DNA of 63,150 bases, the filler included, from Choristocarpus tenellus KU-1152 (Eukaryota; Protista; Phaeophyceae), in assembly GCA_964200185.2 (NCBI GenBank). It is 12 parts of 12 records of this genome, joined end to end, with 100 filler letters (N's around TTAATTAATTAA, not from the genome) between each part and the next. Parts side by side here need not be neighbours in the genome. Positions count along the whole stretch, not along the records: positions 40,744 to 43,886 come from CAXNAD020022010.1; positions 43,987 to 46,968 come from CAXNAD020023172.1; positions 47,069 to 51,645 come from CAXNAD020013941.1; positions 51,746 to 56,820 come from CAXNAD020011955.1; 8 more parts are not named here. One strand, given 5' to 3'. Made by a program: the position numbers and the translations under genes. Below the pieces are notes generated by a model. The model saw nothing but the letters and a program-made list of their open reading frames with translations, did not search any database and was not told where the DNA came from. Of this stretch, positions 41,811 through 54,793 are shown one piece after another (position 1 is the first letter of the stretch; each line of letters starts with the position of its first letter).

Positions 41811-42061
41811 AAGTCAAAACATTCAAGAGGGTAGGATTTTTGTCCTGTTTGACCGTTCATGGGTTGATTTCCCATGGGGTTTTTGCTCATTTTCGGTTTT
41901 CGAGACATTTTGGAGTAGGTAAAATGTTTATGACTATGAAAGCTGTGTCTAAGGATATGGACACCTGGTAACAAACACGATAGCCAAAATTCATCAAAAC
42001 TGCAACATTGGATTTATGACCCCAAACGGACACGGCCATACTATCTTAAATGCTTTGGGTC
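41811..42061 (+). mobile_element. MITE subfamily A/A2
   Basis: Homologous body with degenerate TIRs; abuts the mariner fragment. Confidence 0.75.
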
Positions 42062-42600
42062 CTGGGTCTCTACGATGATGTTGTATCGTGCCGCCTCCTT
42101 GATTGCCTCCCTGATCCCTCCCTTTGGTGTGGCTTTGCGCTGTCCTGCTGGAAGAAGATGGTATGTCCTGGCATGAGGGCCTTGATTGCTGGGATGACAT
42201 CCTCAATCGTGAGCGCTTCTTAAACCTCTCCCCGTCCGCCATGGCTGGCACAAGCACCTTGATGCCCTTGGGTTGGTGTTTGCTGGAGTGCTGAGCAACC
42301 TTAGGGTCCACGATTGCCCAGATCCCGATTTTCCCATCAAACCACACCCCGCTGGAGAGCTTACCTAGGGTTGGCCACAGCCGCAAGGAACATCATGACC
42401 CTGATAATGTACCCCGCTTATTCTGTGCTCATGGGGGTTTTGTGGGGGTCCTCAGTGAGGTGAAGGCACATACCTTGCCCGTCCTTGAGGAAGTAAAACC
42501 ACTTCTCGTCCCACATCCATCTGGTCATACATATCGTCCACTAATTCCCCTCTCCTCCCCCTCATGTGCATGCAGCTGATGACAAAACCCACCCTGTTGA
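42062..42600 (-). mobile_element. Tc1/mariner DD39D-type transposase fragment (plant/oomycete-like), decayed
   Basis: Read across frameshifts: DEKWFY...VMMFLAAVANPR...WFDGKIGIWAIV...AQHSSKHQPKG...VIPAIKA...QQDSAKPH. Confidence 0.85.
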
Positions 42601-43125
42601 CTTTCTGCTGTTCTGAGAGAAGTTTGCTTAATCCACCGCTTCACCTTCTTCACCTTGCGCTTGCACAGATCCCACAACGGAGCGAGGGATGTCCCAGCTT
42701 TGGTCGCCCATTTATGGAAGGATGTGCAATGTGTGCAATTTATATGGTTGAAATTAGAAGAGTGACCTTTGTGGGGTGTCTTCTAAATGCTTGTTTTATT
42801 ATTATATTGTGCTTCTCCTACATAAGTCAACGGTTATATGTCAAAATAGTTGAATGCAGAATAAAAACTCATACATAATCCCATTCATAATCTGGATGTA
42901 CTATCTTATTAGTTACATCTCTCATATACACAAAATAACATACACCTTACTATTATCCTATTTTGCACAAAATGTACCGACGGGATATCCCAAACGCTGA
43001 GGATCTTGTACGGCAGCCACATCACCCCTTGCGACGCGGTACAAGGTCCATGCATTCACCCCGTGCAATATGGTTATCATAATCCTTCCGGTGGCGGAAT
43101 ATGGCGATTCGGGGGTTTCCGTAGT

Positions 43126-43391
43126 GAGACGAAACATTTGAGAGGGTAGGAGTTTTGCCCTGTTTGTCCGTTTGGTTGGGGCTTGGCTTCCCCACGAGTT
43201 CTTTATGTTATTTTCCTACTCTGAAACGTTTTGGAGTAGGTAAAATGTGTAAAACTATGAAAAGTTGTATCTGGAACAAGGATATTGACACTTCCTAACA
43301 AACACGTTACCCCAAATTGCATCAAAATCGAAATATTGGATTTTGGACCCCAAACGGACGTGGACCTACCCTCTATAAGATGCTTTGGCTC
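43126..43391 (+). mobile_element. MITE family A
   Basis: TIRs and 3-bp TSD AGT/AGT. Confidence 0.83.
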
Positions 43392-45111
43392 AGTCCTCTC
43401 TGATTACTGCCACTGTCCCCCAAAGTATCTGAGTCTTGCACCCTCTCACCTCCAGGCATTGCGCCACCACGCTTTTCTTCATATCGAGGTGTTTGAGTCT
43501 GAACCCCGGACAGATTTCGGGGCCGAGGAATTAGGACTGACGGGCGACAACGGAATGGGCAAGCAGCTCGAACGACGGGGCCTTTCGTCGTAGGCATCGC
43601 AGTAAACACCCACTTTGACAGTTTCTCACGAGGTTTTGAACCCCATCAACTGCGTCTTTGCATTGTGACAGTCATGACAGTCCAGCAACTCAAAATTTGT
43701 GCACCTCCCAATCTATATGAGAACTAAGCCTCGTCCAGAGGATTTGTCACTTGGGTTGTTCACGAGCGAGAATGGAGGTTGCAATAGTCATGTTACTTTT
43801 CATTCCGAAAGGAGGAAGTATCATATGTTCGATTAGACTCTTCCAACTCTATCGGACAGTTACGGTAAATTATTTATGGAGTAATGNNNNNNNNNNNNNN
43901 NNNNNNNNNNNNNNNNNNNNNNNNNNNNNNTTAATTAATTAANNNNNNNNNNNNNNNNNNNNNNNNNNNNNNNNNNNNNNNNNNNNCCCCAGATACGTTG
44001 ACCCTGACATATTGCACAACGTTCCGTACACCCCATATACCATCCACATATTCTTCTACTTACACCAGATTGAGTCATACTAGGTGATAGTTGTTGTACA
44101 TTTTCTGGTTGTTTTGGATTATGGGAAGTATGCCTTTTTAAAACTGGTGCGCTACTTACTAAACACTATTTCAGTATTTTGATGTGTATGTGTAGAATGG
44201 AAACCCCCCGAAACGATGGTATCATCTCACTGGAGAAACGACTATGGAAAAAATCCACCAAACTTGAGGTAAGATCATTTTTGTAACCCTTTTCGTGCCG
44301 CACAAAAACACGTGAATTATTTTGACCATTTCTGGTGATCCTTATAATGTCATTACGTACACCTCTCTCGGTTGGTGTGACTCTTTGCACAGTGCCACTT
44401 CACCGCTAACAGTATACGTTCATTTAATAACTATTCGTAGTAAGTATGTCACGTTCAAAATAATATTTCAGTACTACTAATTGTACTTTATGGACTACAT
44501 CCCTTTCCCATTCTAACCCTTCCAATCTGATGTCCTCACATCCCCTGCCTTTGAGCCAAAGTAATTGAGAGGTAGGCAACTTCGCATTTAAGAGATACAA
44601 AGAAATGCCAAAAATGACCCCATTTTGTACAGTTGCAGAAAGGACCTTAACTGAATTGTGGTTCACATTGTGTGCGGAAAGGTGGAATATCACTTCAGCA
44701 TATATATACAACTGTGCACAGAGAGCAATAAATTAGGCTGTATTGCATAGGATAACAATGATGGATTAGAATTAAAATGGACCTAAACCTGCCTACCTAG
44801 CGATTACTTGTGAACTGAGCATATTAATGCCACACATTTATTCTCTTCTTTTATTACTGTCGGAATACTTCTTAGTTCATGCATTGTGTTAAATTGTCCA
44901 CTGGTTAACAAATCGGGAGGGGACCATGCGATCAACGTCGTGGAGTTGACGAATCTGGAAGGGGAACACACGTGCATGCTCTAAACAAAGCAAATGAGTA
45001 GATTTGGACCCTTTTGCATTCCATCAATCTTTCTTACCCTATGTGCACTCCATTTCATTTCTTTTTTTGTACGCAAAATTGATGTTTTCCCTTTTCCACT
45101 CACAGAAGTGA

Positions 45112-46006
45112 TGAGACAGGCAATAATCAGATGATACTTGGCACTCTAGGGAAGCTGTTTTTAGAGAGAATGAATATATCCTGAGATTAAGTTAGATGTA
45201 GACAGATATTCCCAAGTAAGTCAAGGATAGATGTGGATGGACCTAGTAGGAGTACGGTATCCTTTTTCTCTCCCTACTTTTTTTTTGCAACAGGATGATC
45301 TGAGGTGATTGATGATATATGTTGTCTTCATCGGTGAAAATCGCCTGTGGTAAGCGTGAAACATGTATCGCTAGTTCACGCTGGGGGGTATGATGCAGGC
45401 GAATAGCGCGAGCGTTTCTTCTTGTATTTCGACGAAGAAGTGCAAGCATTTGTTACACGCGAATAGCACGAGCATTTTATCATCATGTTTCAGGATATAC
45501 GAACATTTGTGACAGACGTATAGTGTGAAGATTGTTTCTCGCGTTCTAACAAGTACGAACTATATACGACATTAGTAACACATAGTAGCCTTACTGGATA
45601 ATTGATTATTTTGAGAAGATGCAGAGTAAGATTCGGAATACCTACGTAACATTACAGAGGAAAATATCAAAGTCACTAAGAAGTTGAAGAATAAAGGCTT
45701 ATGATTAGAGTACCTATTATAGAGTAGTTGATAGAAGAACAACGAAATTGGGTGGATGATGAAAACAATAAGAGAGCTTCTTAGTGGTAACACACTTTTT
45801 ACCTCGCTTATGCCCCAGTCCTTTTTATCTTGAACGAAACATTGAGTCAAGCTTTGAGCTAAGCACTGAGTGGAGTATCAAGAGAAATGGCTATCTGACA
45901 CCCTACAAACCGTTGTAAAAGGCAATGTCTCCATAGGGTCGTTTTAAGGTCGTTGGATTTGAGTTGTACATCCTGGAAAGGTGAGCATTGAGGGGCGCCT
46001 GTAACA
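45112..46006. mobile_element. TG...CA-bounded insertion (solo-LTR or deleted LTR element) nested in a family C MITE
   Basis: Ends TGAGACAGGC / GCCTGTAACA with GTGA duplicated on both sides. The flanks rejoin into a sequence collinear with MITE 37330-37560. 45391-45462 matches the reverse complement of 10254-10322. Confidence 0.7.
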
Positions 46007-47499
46007 GTGACACCACAGTTAGCAAAAGCTCCTTCTGCAATAGTAAAAATTAGCTTGTTTTTGTTCTTTCGCGGGATCCTTACAATGCAACCTTGCCTAC
46101 CTCTCAGTTGGTTTGACTCATTACGTGACAACTAACTAGTGTGCATGGCATTGATCGGAATGCTGGCGTACAAAATCACTTGCAGTTTGGAGTTGTTACG
46201 AGTGATTTGGCACAAGTAGTTGGCACCCTTCTTGTGTTTATGGATGGGTACAGCAGGAACAAACAGGTACATAGACTTCCCGCCAATCAATGAACTGGTA
46301 TGTACACCATAAATTTTACTCTCTTTCGTAGGAATACTAAACGATCCAGGCTACAAGCATCATATACTGTCGTTCACAGCTGTACCTCGACAGTGCAACG
46401 TGACAAAAAGTACATCATACAATATTTCCGACTTGCTTCTCTATGAAGTGCATACGGAATGCAGCTATCCTGTGTGATGCTGTACATTCCGCGTTGGGTG
46501 TACTTGGATTATTAGGTACCAAGCAAGCGATTGTACTCCTCCATGCCCATATATAACTAATTCATCCTGTACGCGAGCCTGGAGGATTCTCCCTTCCCAA
46601 TACTGTTGTATCTTGTTGTGCCTACCGAAGCCTGCAACCCACATAAGATACAAAGTGAGTAGTAATTTGAGAAGTGAGAGGCTGAGCAGAGAGTATTGTA
46701 GTGCAATACTTTTATTTCCGTGTTCGACGCATTTCTATACAGTACCTACACCGATTTTATACCAGATACTATGTACCAAACCCATTTTGTACCGCTTTTT
46801 TTTTACATACTAAAATAGGAGTTTGTACCGGAATTCTCGTATTCGGGCGACTTGGTACAAAATCCCAGAGATATTCACGCGAGTTTATCACGCGCGTAAA
46901 AATTTATCGCGAAAAGTGCCTTTCTCTGAGTCATGCTACCATACAGCAGTACAGTACGTTGCTGGTAGNNNNNNNNNNNNNNNNNNNNNNNNNNNNNNNN
47001 NNNNNNNNNNNNTTAATTAATTAANNNNNNNNNNNNNNNNNNNNNNNNNNNNNNNNNNNNNNNNNNNNGGGGATTTGGTTTAAATCGTTGGAGGGAAAAA
47101 AAAAACCCCCTTTTCCTGATTTTGGCAAAAATGGCCCCCCTGGTGTGGCCCCCCCCCCCCCCCCCCAGATACTTTGGGTCGGTTTGTTGGATTCTTGGGA
47201 TGCCTCCCTAGTTCCCGGGGCAGGAGTAGGTAGATGGGGGAAGCACAGGAAGACAGTAGTACAATATTGATAATGGTGAAGTAACTGATAGATCAGTGGT
47301 GGTTTTCACACTTACAGTGTTTTATAGTGTTTTCACATTTACGATATTTTATTTCTTTAGGGCTTATAACTGACATATGTATAGTTTTCATTGGTTTCCC
47401 CCCTGACATATCTGCAAAATGTCTGAGGGCATAATAATATATAATGTATTTCATTTTGCGCACACATGCTTATAAAAGAGGTTTCTTGACAATTCCTGA

Positions 47500-49997
47500 G
47501 CTGCACTCGAGACAACTACCTGAAGTAGCAGACATGACAGGGAGGATCGTGTCGGGACTAGTTCTAGCCGAGGGGGAGGCGGGAACTGACGCACTCGCCC
47601 TGACAAATGCTGGAGGAGATACCGTCGTAGGTGGAAAATTTGAGGAGACTGGAATGTCAGAGGAGGATGTTGCAGCGACAGGAGAGAATAACCTTAAATG
47701 AAGGGGTGTCAGGAGATGCCATCGACCCAAGGAGGACTGTTGAGGAGGATATACCTACCTCAAAGGTGGCTGGAATGGATGTTGCTCTGGAGCAATCGAC
47801 TGGAGAAAACACAGCATTAGAGGAGAATGTTGTGGCATCTGATAACCTCGCCCAGGAAAGGGTGAGAATGTCAACGAGGTATCGACCTAACCCCAAAGAT
47901 GGCATGGGCAGTTATTGATCCAAGGGGGTCAACGAGTAAGAGTGCAACGTCAGAGAGTCCCATTATATGGATTTAGGGGTAGTGAGTTTGATGCCTGAGG
48001 AAGTTGAACCAGGTTCGTGTGGGACAGTGGATGAGTCTAGTCAAGATGATGCTGAGAAAGTTCTGCAGAGTCATGCGGTAGCAGGAAATGCAAGGGTGTT
48101 AGTTATGGAGAGCGAGGGGTTGGATGAACCGCTGGGTACTGCCATTGATGAAGTGGACACGCTGTCACAGCAGGGTAGTGTGAGGATGATGATACTGCGA
48201 CAGGTGGGTCCCAACAGTGACCCTCCACCTGAACCAGGCGAACTATTGGAGGAAGCAGGTGGAGATGACAGTGTGGAATTTGTTTCAAGTCCACAGGTAC
48301 CTGTAAGGAAATGGGAAGGTGGATTAGATGTGGAGAACACTCTGAAGGATGAAAGTACTGATGAGCCAAAGTATCTTAGAGGGTAGAGCTGCGTCCATTT
48401 GGGGATCACAATCCAATGTTGCGATTTTGATGTAATTTTGGCTATCGTTTTTGTTAGGAAGTGTCAATATCCTTGTTCCGGACACACCTTTTCATAACGT
48501 ACACATTTTACCTACACTCCGAAATATTTTGGAGTAGGAAAATGTCACAAAAAAACCATTGGAAGCCAATCCCCAAATGGACAAACAGGGCAAAACTCGT
48601 ACCCTCTAAGATACTCTCACTCTGATGTGATGGTGAACACTGATGCTGGAGGTATGGATCTGTCTATGTAACAGCACGGGAGTGGTAGAAGGTTGATGCT
48701 GAGACTTGCAGGTCATAATCGTGACCCCCCACCTGAACCTGGTGAACTATCAGAGTGTACATTATGGTATGAGCGGAGACTGACTGGTCTGCTTGTGGGT
48801 GGGAAAGATAAACCCCTTCCACCAGAACCTAAGACCGTGCGAACAAAGCTGGTTTTCGACAGAGGCAGGTGGATGGCAAAGGGAGATAGCAGAGGTCAAA
48901 GGAGGCACTACGACTACTGGAAAGGGAAAAATTGCTGGAAAAGGGAGAGTGGAACACTTGTGGTGGACCAGAGTTTGCAGTTAGAGAATTGGCATTTTGT
49001 GTGGAGAATTGATGTTGGTCTGATTGGTTGAATACTAAGAGGGTTATTGGGTACCTGTTGGTACTAAAAAGAATGGAATTAATTACCTTTGGTGACTTTG
49101 AATTTATGGGAATGGACCGAGGTATCGGTTAATTGGCTATACAGATGCTGATTATGCAAAGCGTAAGGACAGTAGATTGTCCATTTCTGGTGTTGTAATG
49201 TTTGGGGGAGGATGGGCTACACTGTTCACTGCTGAGGCTGAGTATGTTGCATTGTGTGAGTTGGGGAAAGAGGTTATGTTCCTCACGCAAGTCCACATGT
49301 TCATGCAACCACTTTCTAAGGATTACCCTGTGTCTGTGTTGGAGGATAATGATGATGCAATCAAGATTGCTAAGAAGGCAGTATCTGGTGGTAGAACCAA
49401 GCACATTGATATTGGGTATCACTACGTACGTCAGTTGGAGAGGGAAGGAAAGATAGCTATTGGATATTTGTCAACAGATTTCCAACATGCTGATCTTTTT
49501 ACTAAGTGTTTGCCTAAGGAATATTTTACTAGGCATTCCAGTGTTATCATGCATAGAATGAATTGGGACTGATTTCTGTGTTGAGGATATGTTCAAGAAT
49601 GTTTGTGGTGCTATTTTCACTTGAAGTTCAAAGAAGGGGAGTGTGTTAAGAATATGCCTTTTATTCATGTGTAAATGAAGATTCTGTAGAAGAAACAATC
49701 TAAGGATGAGAGACAATGCTTGTGTTCTGAAGAATCGAAGAAAAGGTTGGGTTTCAAGAACTAGAATATGGAAGATTTCAGGAGGAATAGGAAGCATTTT
49801 GAGAAGTAAGCTGTGATTAGTCTGAATAGTCATTCACAGCATAGAATTGATTTGGTGGCAAGGGCCCCCACCCTTGGGCTTGGATGTTCGCTCCTTCCTT
49901 TCACCTTCCTTACTTCATGTACAACCTGATCTACACAGTAAGGAATTAATCGAGTCATTTACATACACAAGTCTTGGGAACATCAATTTCTTTAACA
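47500..49997 (+). mobile_element. Copia-derived element lacking the RT core; RNase H, PPT and 3' LTR (49644-49997)
   Basis: DADYA..KDSRLSISG...AEAEYVAL...EDND.AI...RTKHIDI.YHYVR...ADLFTK, then AAGAAGGGGAGTG|TGTTAAGAAT...TTTAACA. Homologous to 61144-62279. Confidence 0.85.
48363..48622 (-). mobile_element. MITE family A nested in Copia
   Basis: TIRs and a perfect 4-bp TSD TGAT/TGAT. Confidence 0.88.
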
Positions 49998-50538
49998 GTG
50001 GTAGTAACCAATAAAATTGAAGAGTTGTATAAATAAACATGGCATGGAAGAGTATGGGGAATAATGATATAGGTGGTTGAGTTTGTGGAGTTTGTGTATG
50101 CGAAAGTGCGTTCTAGAAAAAGAAGATATAGAATAGTGCATTCGTGTTATGTTCTTTGGACGGGATTGGTTGTGTTGATGTTTTTAAGCCGAAGGAATGT
50201 GTGTCAAATTGTGGTGCCAATGGTGGAAGGAGTGTGGTGCAGAATAAGCACTAGAAATATAACTAGATGGGGAGATGTTGCGCCCATGCCTTGTAGTGTA
50301 CATGGTGTGGGTGTATTATTGTGTTAAGGCAGCCTCTGGTGTATTTGTGGCTAATGTCGAGTAATCAATAGTAACACACAGTTAAAGGCTTTTTGGGATG
50401 CACTTGTTGTCAGTATAACGATAGGGGAACGAACATCGAGACCTATAACGAGCGGGGGGTTTAGGTTTTGTGTGGTGTGGGTTCATGTTCAGGTGTTGGG
50501 GGAAGAGTGGGTCGTTATTCCAATTACAACACGAGCCC

Positions 50539-50796
50539 TCGTGAAATTATCTTAGAGGGTACGAGTTTGCCCTGTTTGTCCATTTGGGACTTGGCTTCCC
50601 ACAGTTTTTTTTAATGATATTTTCCTACTCCGAAATGCTTCGGAGTAGGTAATATGTATACGTTATGAAAGGTGTGTACGGAACAAGGACATTGACACTT
50701 ACTAACAAACACGATAATCAAAATCACATCAAAATCGCAACATTGGATTTTGGCCCCCAAATGGACGCGACGCTACCCTCTAAGATACTTTGGCTC
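50539..50796 (+). mobile_element. MITE family A (plus an orphan right end at ~51013-51046)
   Basis: Homologous body and TIRs; no clear TSD. Confidence 0.82.
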
Positions 50797-51046
50797 AGAG
50801 TGAAAGGTGTGATGTGGACTGACTAAGGTTGTTGAAGGAATTAGTTGTTGGATGTGATGTTGTCTAGGTCTGGTGTGGATGTTCAGTGCATCCAAATGCA
50901 ACAGAAGGGAGAGTGCACGAAGGATAGGGGTGTGGGGTGTGGGGTGTGGGCACCTGGTGTGTAGTGAGTGTTTATAATGGCCACGCTGGACACAAAAACT
51001 CTACGCTCTAGTTGACGCGGCTCTACCCTCTAAGATACTTTGACTC

Positions 51047-51624
51047 TAACGTATACTGAATTCAGGGTCAAGAATCTCATGATCGACGACTCTATCCTCG
51101 CCACTTGCATGGCAGGAGAGTCTAACTCCAACTTGAGGAGGAGAAGAACACTAATGAAAATGGCGACAAAGATTATACAGGGTCTACGGACAATAATAAC
51201 AGAGGCGAAAAGTGAGTCTGTTGTCGGGACCAAAGGAATAGTCACCACCACAAGTGGTAGCTGTGGAAGTCAATTCAAGAACAGGTGGCAGATGTGGTGG
51301 GTTTCTCAGTCAATTGCAAGGATGGGTATGGCCGTTGTACACAACGTCTCCTCCTGCCATGGAAAGTCTACATCTGATGGAGTCGGGGCTGTGGTAAAGT
51401 CTGCCACAAGGAAGCTCGAGATAAGCGGGGTACAGATGCCTGGAACCTCGTCCTTGGTGGAGACAATCAAGGCGAGCAAGATACAGTTCACATTGAGGGA
51501 TCGAACACCAGGGGAAGTGGTGAGACTCCGTAAGGTTCCTCTTCGACAGACCGTCGTCACCAAGGTCGGTACCCTCTATCCATGCACTTGTTATAACATA
51601 GGCTACTCATTTGTTTCCTGTTGA
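51047..51624 (+). mobile_element. Sola2-like DDD transposase fragment (probably inactive)
   Basis: TSGSCGSQFKNR...SCHGKSTSDGVGAVVKSA matches the SDGcxxQFKN...HGKxxxDGxGxxxK signature; the first Asp shown is changed to Gly. Confidence 0.72.
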
Positions 51625-54600
51625 TATGGTACACATTACTACCAGNNNNNNNNNNNNNNNNNNNNNNNNNNNNNNNNNNNNNNNNNNNNTTAATTAATTA
51701 ANNNNNNNNNNNNNNNNNNNNNNNNNNNNNNNNNNNNNNNNNNNNGGTCATTTTTCGTTTTTTTGGTCCAAACAGCCCCCCCTGTGTGCCCCCCCCCCCC
51801 CCCCCCCCCTAGATACTTTGGGTCGTTTGTTCAACAAACACAATATTGCACAATATTTCTTACCATCCTTAAATATTCCGAGTACAACCCTGGGTACCTC
51901 AACCTTATGAACACATGGTCTGTCTCGAAATAGTCACTATATTATTGTTATTATTGTTATTATTGTTATTATTATGCCCTCTGACATTTTGTAGATGTTC
52001 CAGGAGAAAAACTAATGAAAACTATTCACATGTCCAAAAAATCCCTACAGAAGTAAGAGTTGTCACAAGAGTGAAATACGTTCATCCATTTCCTATTTTA
52101 CTACTACACATCTATGTTGTACTACTGCCTTCCTGTGTCTCAAACCTACTCCTGCACTCCAGGGTGATGAACTAGGGAAGCATCCCACAAATCTAATAAA
52201 CCCCTCCTTGCCCATCTCGCTGGTGTCTCCAGCTTAAAACGCATGACCCGTCTAGATAGGACTCAGCCAATATATCGGTGATTATTGTTCCGCAATCGAG
52301 CATCGGTACTGCCACTCCTCTTGTGTGAAGAGCATGCACAAATAGCTGTCGGTTCGACCCATCCTCTGCATAACTTGTACGAATCTTTGTCTTACCACTC
52401 CCCCATCTACTAAATGTGTATGAATACTTTACAGATGTCCTTGTGATATTGGTTTGACTTTTCGCCTGACAAATCTCCAAAATATGAGAGGGCATTAATA
52501 TGAAAATATTTGACATAGCACTCCGCTGTCTATGAAATTTTAAACAAACGGGTTCCTGGTACGAATACTATGATTTGGATCCCTCCACAATATTCTTTGA
52601 GAGATATTTGAATCAAACCAATTGAGAGGTAGGCAGGGTTGCATTTTAAGGATCCCGAGAACAATTGGTGGCAGATTGGTTGTGGTGAAGGGGAGTCATA
52701 GTGCAATGAAGCACTGGTGAATTCCGGCTGATGAACCGAATGACATGCTTCGCACAGTCAGAGGGTATTTGGTGTAGTGATGTTGGGTATTCCTTGGTGT
52801 ATTCGAAGGAAGAGATTCATGCTCTGTGCAGAGGCTTGTAGCCCTGTGAAGAAGGGTTTCGTGCATGTTTTAACTCTGAATATATTGATTTCCGTTGTGT
52901 GTCAGGTACACTGAGTGCAGAGTGAACTCGAGGTCTAAGTGGGGGTAAGGAAACAGAGAAAAGAGAATAATCAACATGTGAGATGCAGCTGATTTTTCTG
53001 ATGTGAAGATAGAGAAGCAAAGAAACAAACTTGAATCAATATCTGGGAACTCATGGCACATACTACGCTTGTATTCCTGATAGATGTCGACTGTTCCATA
53101 CTTGGGATGCACCATGGGGTTGTATCGGTGATTGATGATGATATGATGAGGTACCAATATGAAAATGCGAATAACGACCATTGACCATGTGCGAATCAAT
53201 ATTCAGTATGAACTGGTAATGCCGTATGGTATCAATGACACAAAAGATGAGTAGCTACGTTTTAACAATCCCATGCCCTCAGACCTTGACCATGAGCTCG
53301 ATGCGATACTGGCCATATCCCATCAACCTCGCTTGTATATAGACTGACACTGATATGCTGACCTCATGCACTTATACCCTGAAAGCTTGATTGGTATGCT
53401 GACCACTTATCATCAACCTTTGGCAAATGATATCCTGATCAGATAATCATTAATTCCACGTGTATATATCTCACTCCATTTTGCATCAATGAGATAGTGT
53501 AACACGGTGCAATAGTATATGGACAGTCACGCTTGGTTCCCATTTTTCTCCCAGAGGTTACCTTTTGGTTGACCTCGCATCATGTTTACATGGCTTTGAG
53601 GCCGATCAGATCAGGGGGTAATGTGGAAAGTAAGATTGCCTGTTATTATACCGTTATGAACGTATCCCATATACCGTCATACTGATTGAGGTTCATTATC
53701 AGGAATCCCAGATTCTGGTGGAGGATCGTTTTCGTGAGATTGAGGCATGGAGTCTTTCAAGTTACAGTCCTACAAGAAGTGGATATCTCTTCAATCAGAG
53801 ATGTCCAACATCGAAGATTCTCTTTGTTGTCAAGTCTTGACATCCTGATGATCCACCTTTATGAGGTTCTCATTACTAAGGAATTCTCTGCTGTCTTTGC
53901 ACCTGTCCAACGTTAACATCGTACTCTCAGTTACGGTTCATCTTGGTCCGCCTGGTCCGTCTTTCCCGGTGGTCCCCATCATTACCCTTGCCTGAGTGAA
54001 CCATGCCGCCACAGATTATTACGATTCACATACGTTGTACATAAGAAGTAGTGCCGTATCTTCTTCATAATTTAGTGTGTAGTGGCCCTGACCACAGTTC
54101 GGGATAGTCCCTGGACTCATTGAAGAAATGGAAATCAGATGGTACAAGGACGCCCCTGTCCCATCCCAATAAATTGCATTCCATATGATGAAGGGGAAGA
54201 AGCATCCAAAAAAGCAATTACTCCTACAAGTGTTTGGCATACTTGGGACATTTTGACCGCTCCTGCCTAACCCACATTAATGGGAGCGGTCCGATTATTT
54301 TCAATTTGTTTTCTTAAGCCTACGAACGTAACCTATTTCAACATGGACAGGATACAGGCCAGCACGGTACCAACATGCTCTCACAGAACTGGTCCATGGA
54401 AAACAATTGTTTCAACATGGCCATGCTGTGGGTGGATGAGGTACCAATATATTCTAACAAGGTTGGTCTATGCTATCTGGTCAGACAACTGAAAAGCCCT
54501 GCACTAAACTCCTGACGTTTCAAGTAAAGTACCAGACTCTGGAACACAGCAAACAATACAAGGCAATTCCAAAGTAGCCTAGCTGAAGCTAACAAACACC

Positions 54601-54793
54601 ACACACACAAAGTTATTACTAATGATTCCCTTCACTAGAATGTGGGTACGTACCTACCCCTACCATATATCATCAAAAAAGATAACTCAATATCATCTTG
54701 TCATCGAAGGGACTCAACATATTAGCACAAACCATATTTGAATAGAATTTAGAAAATAGAATTAAACAAAGTTCTAAATGTAAACAAATTAAT

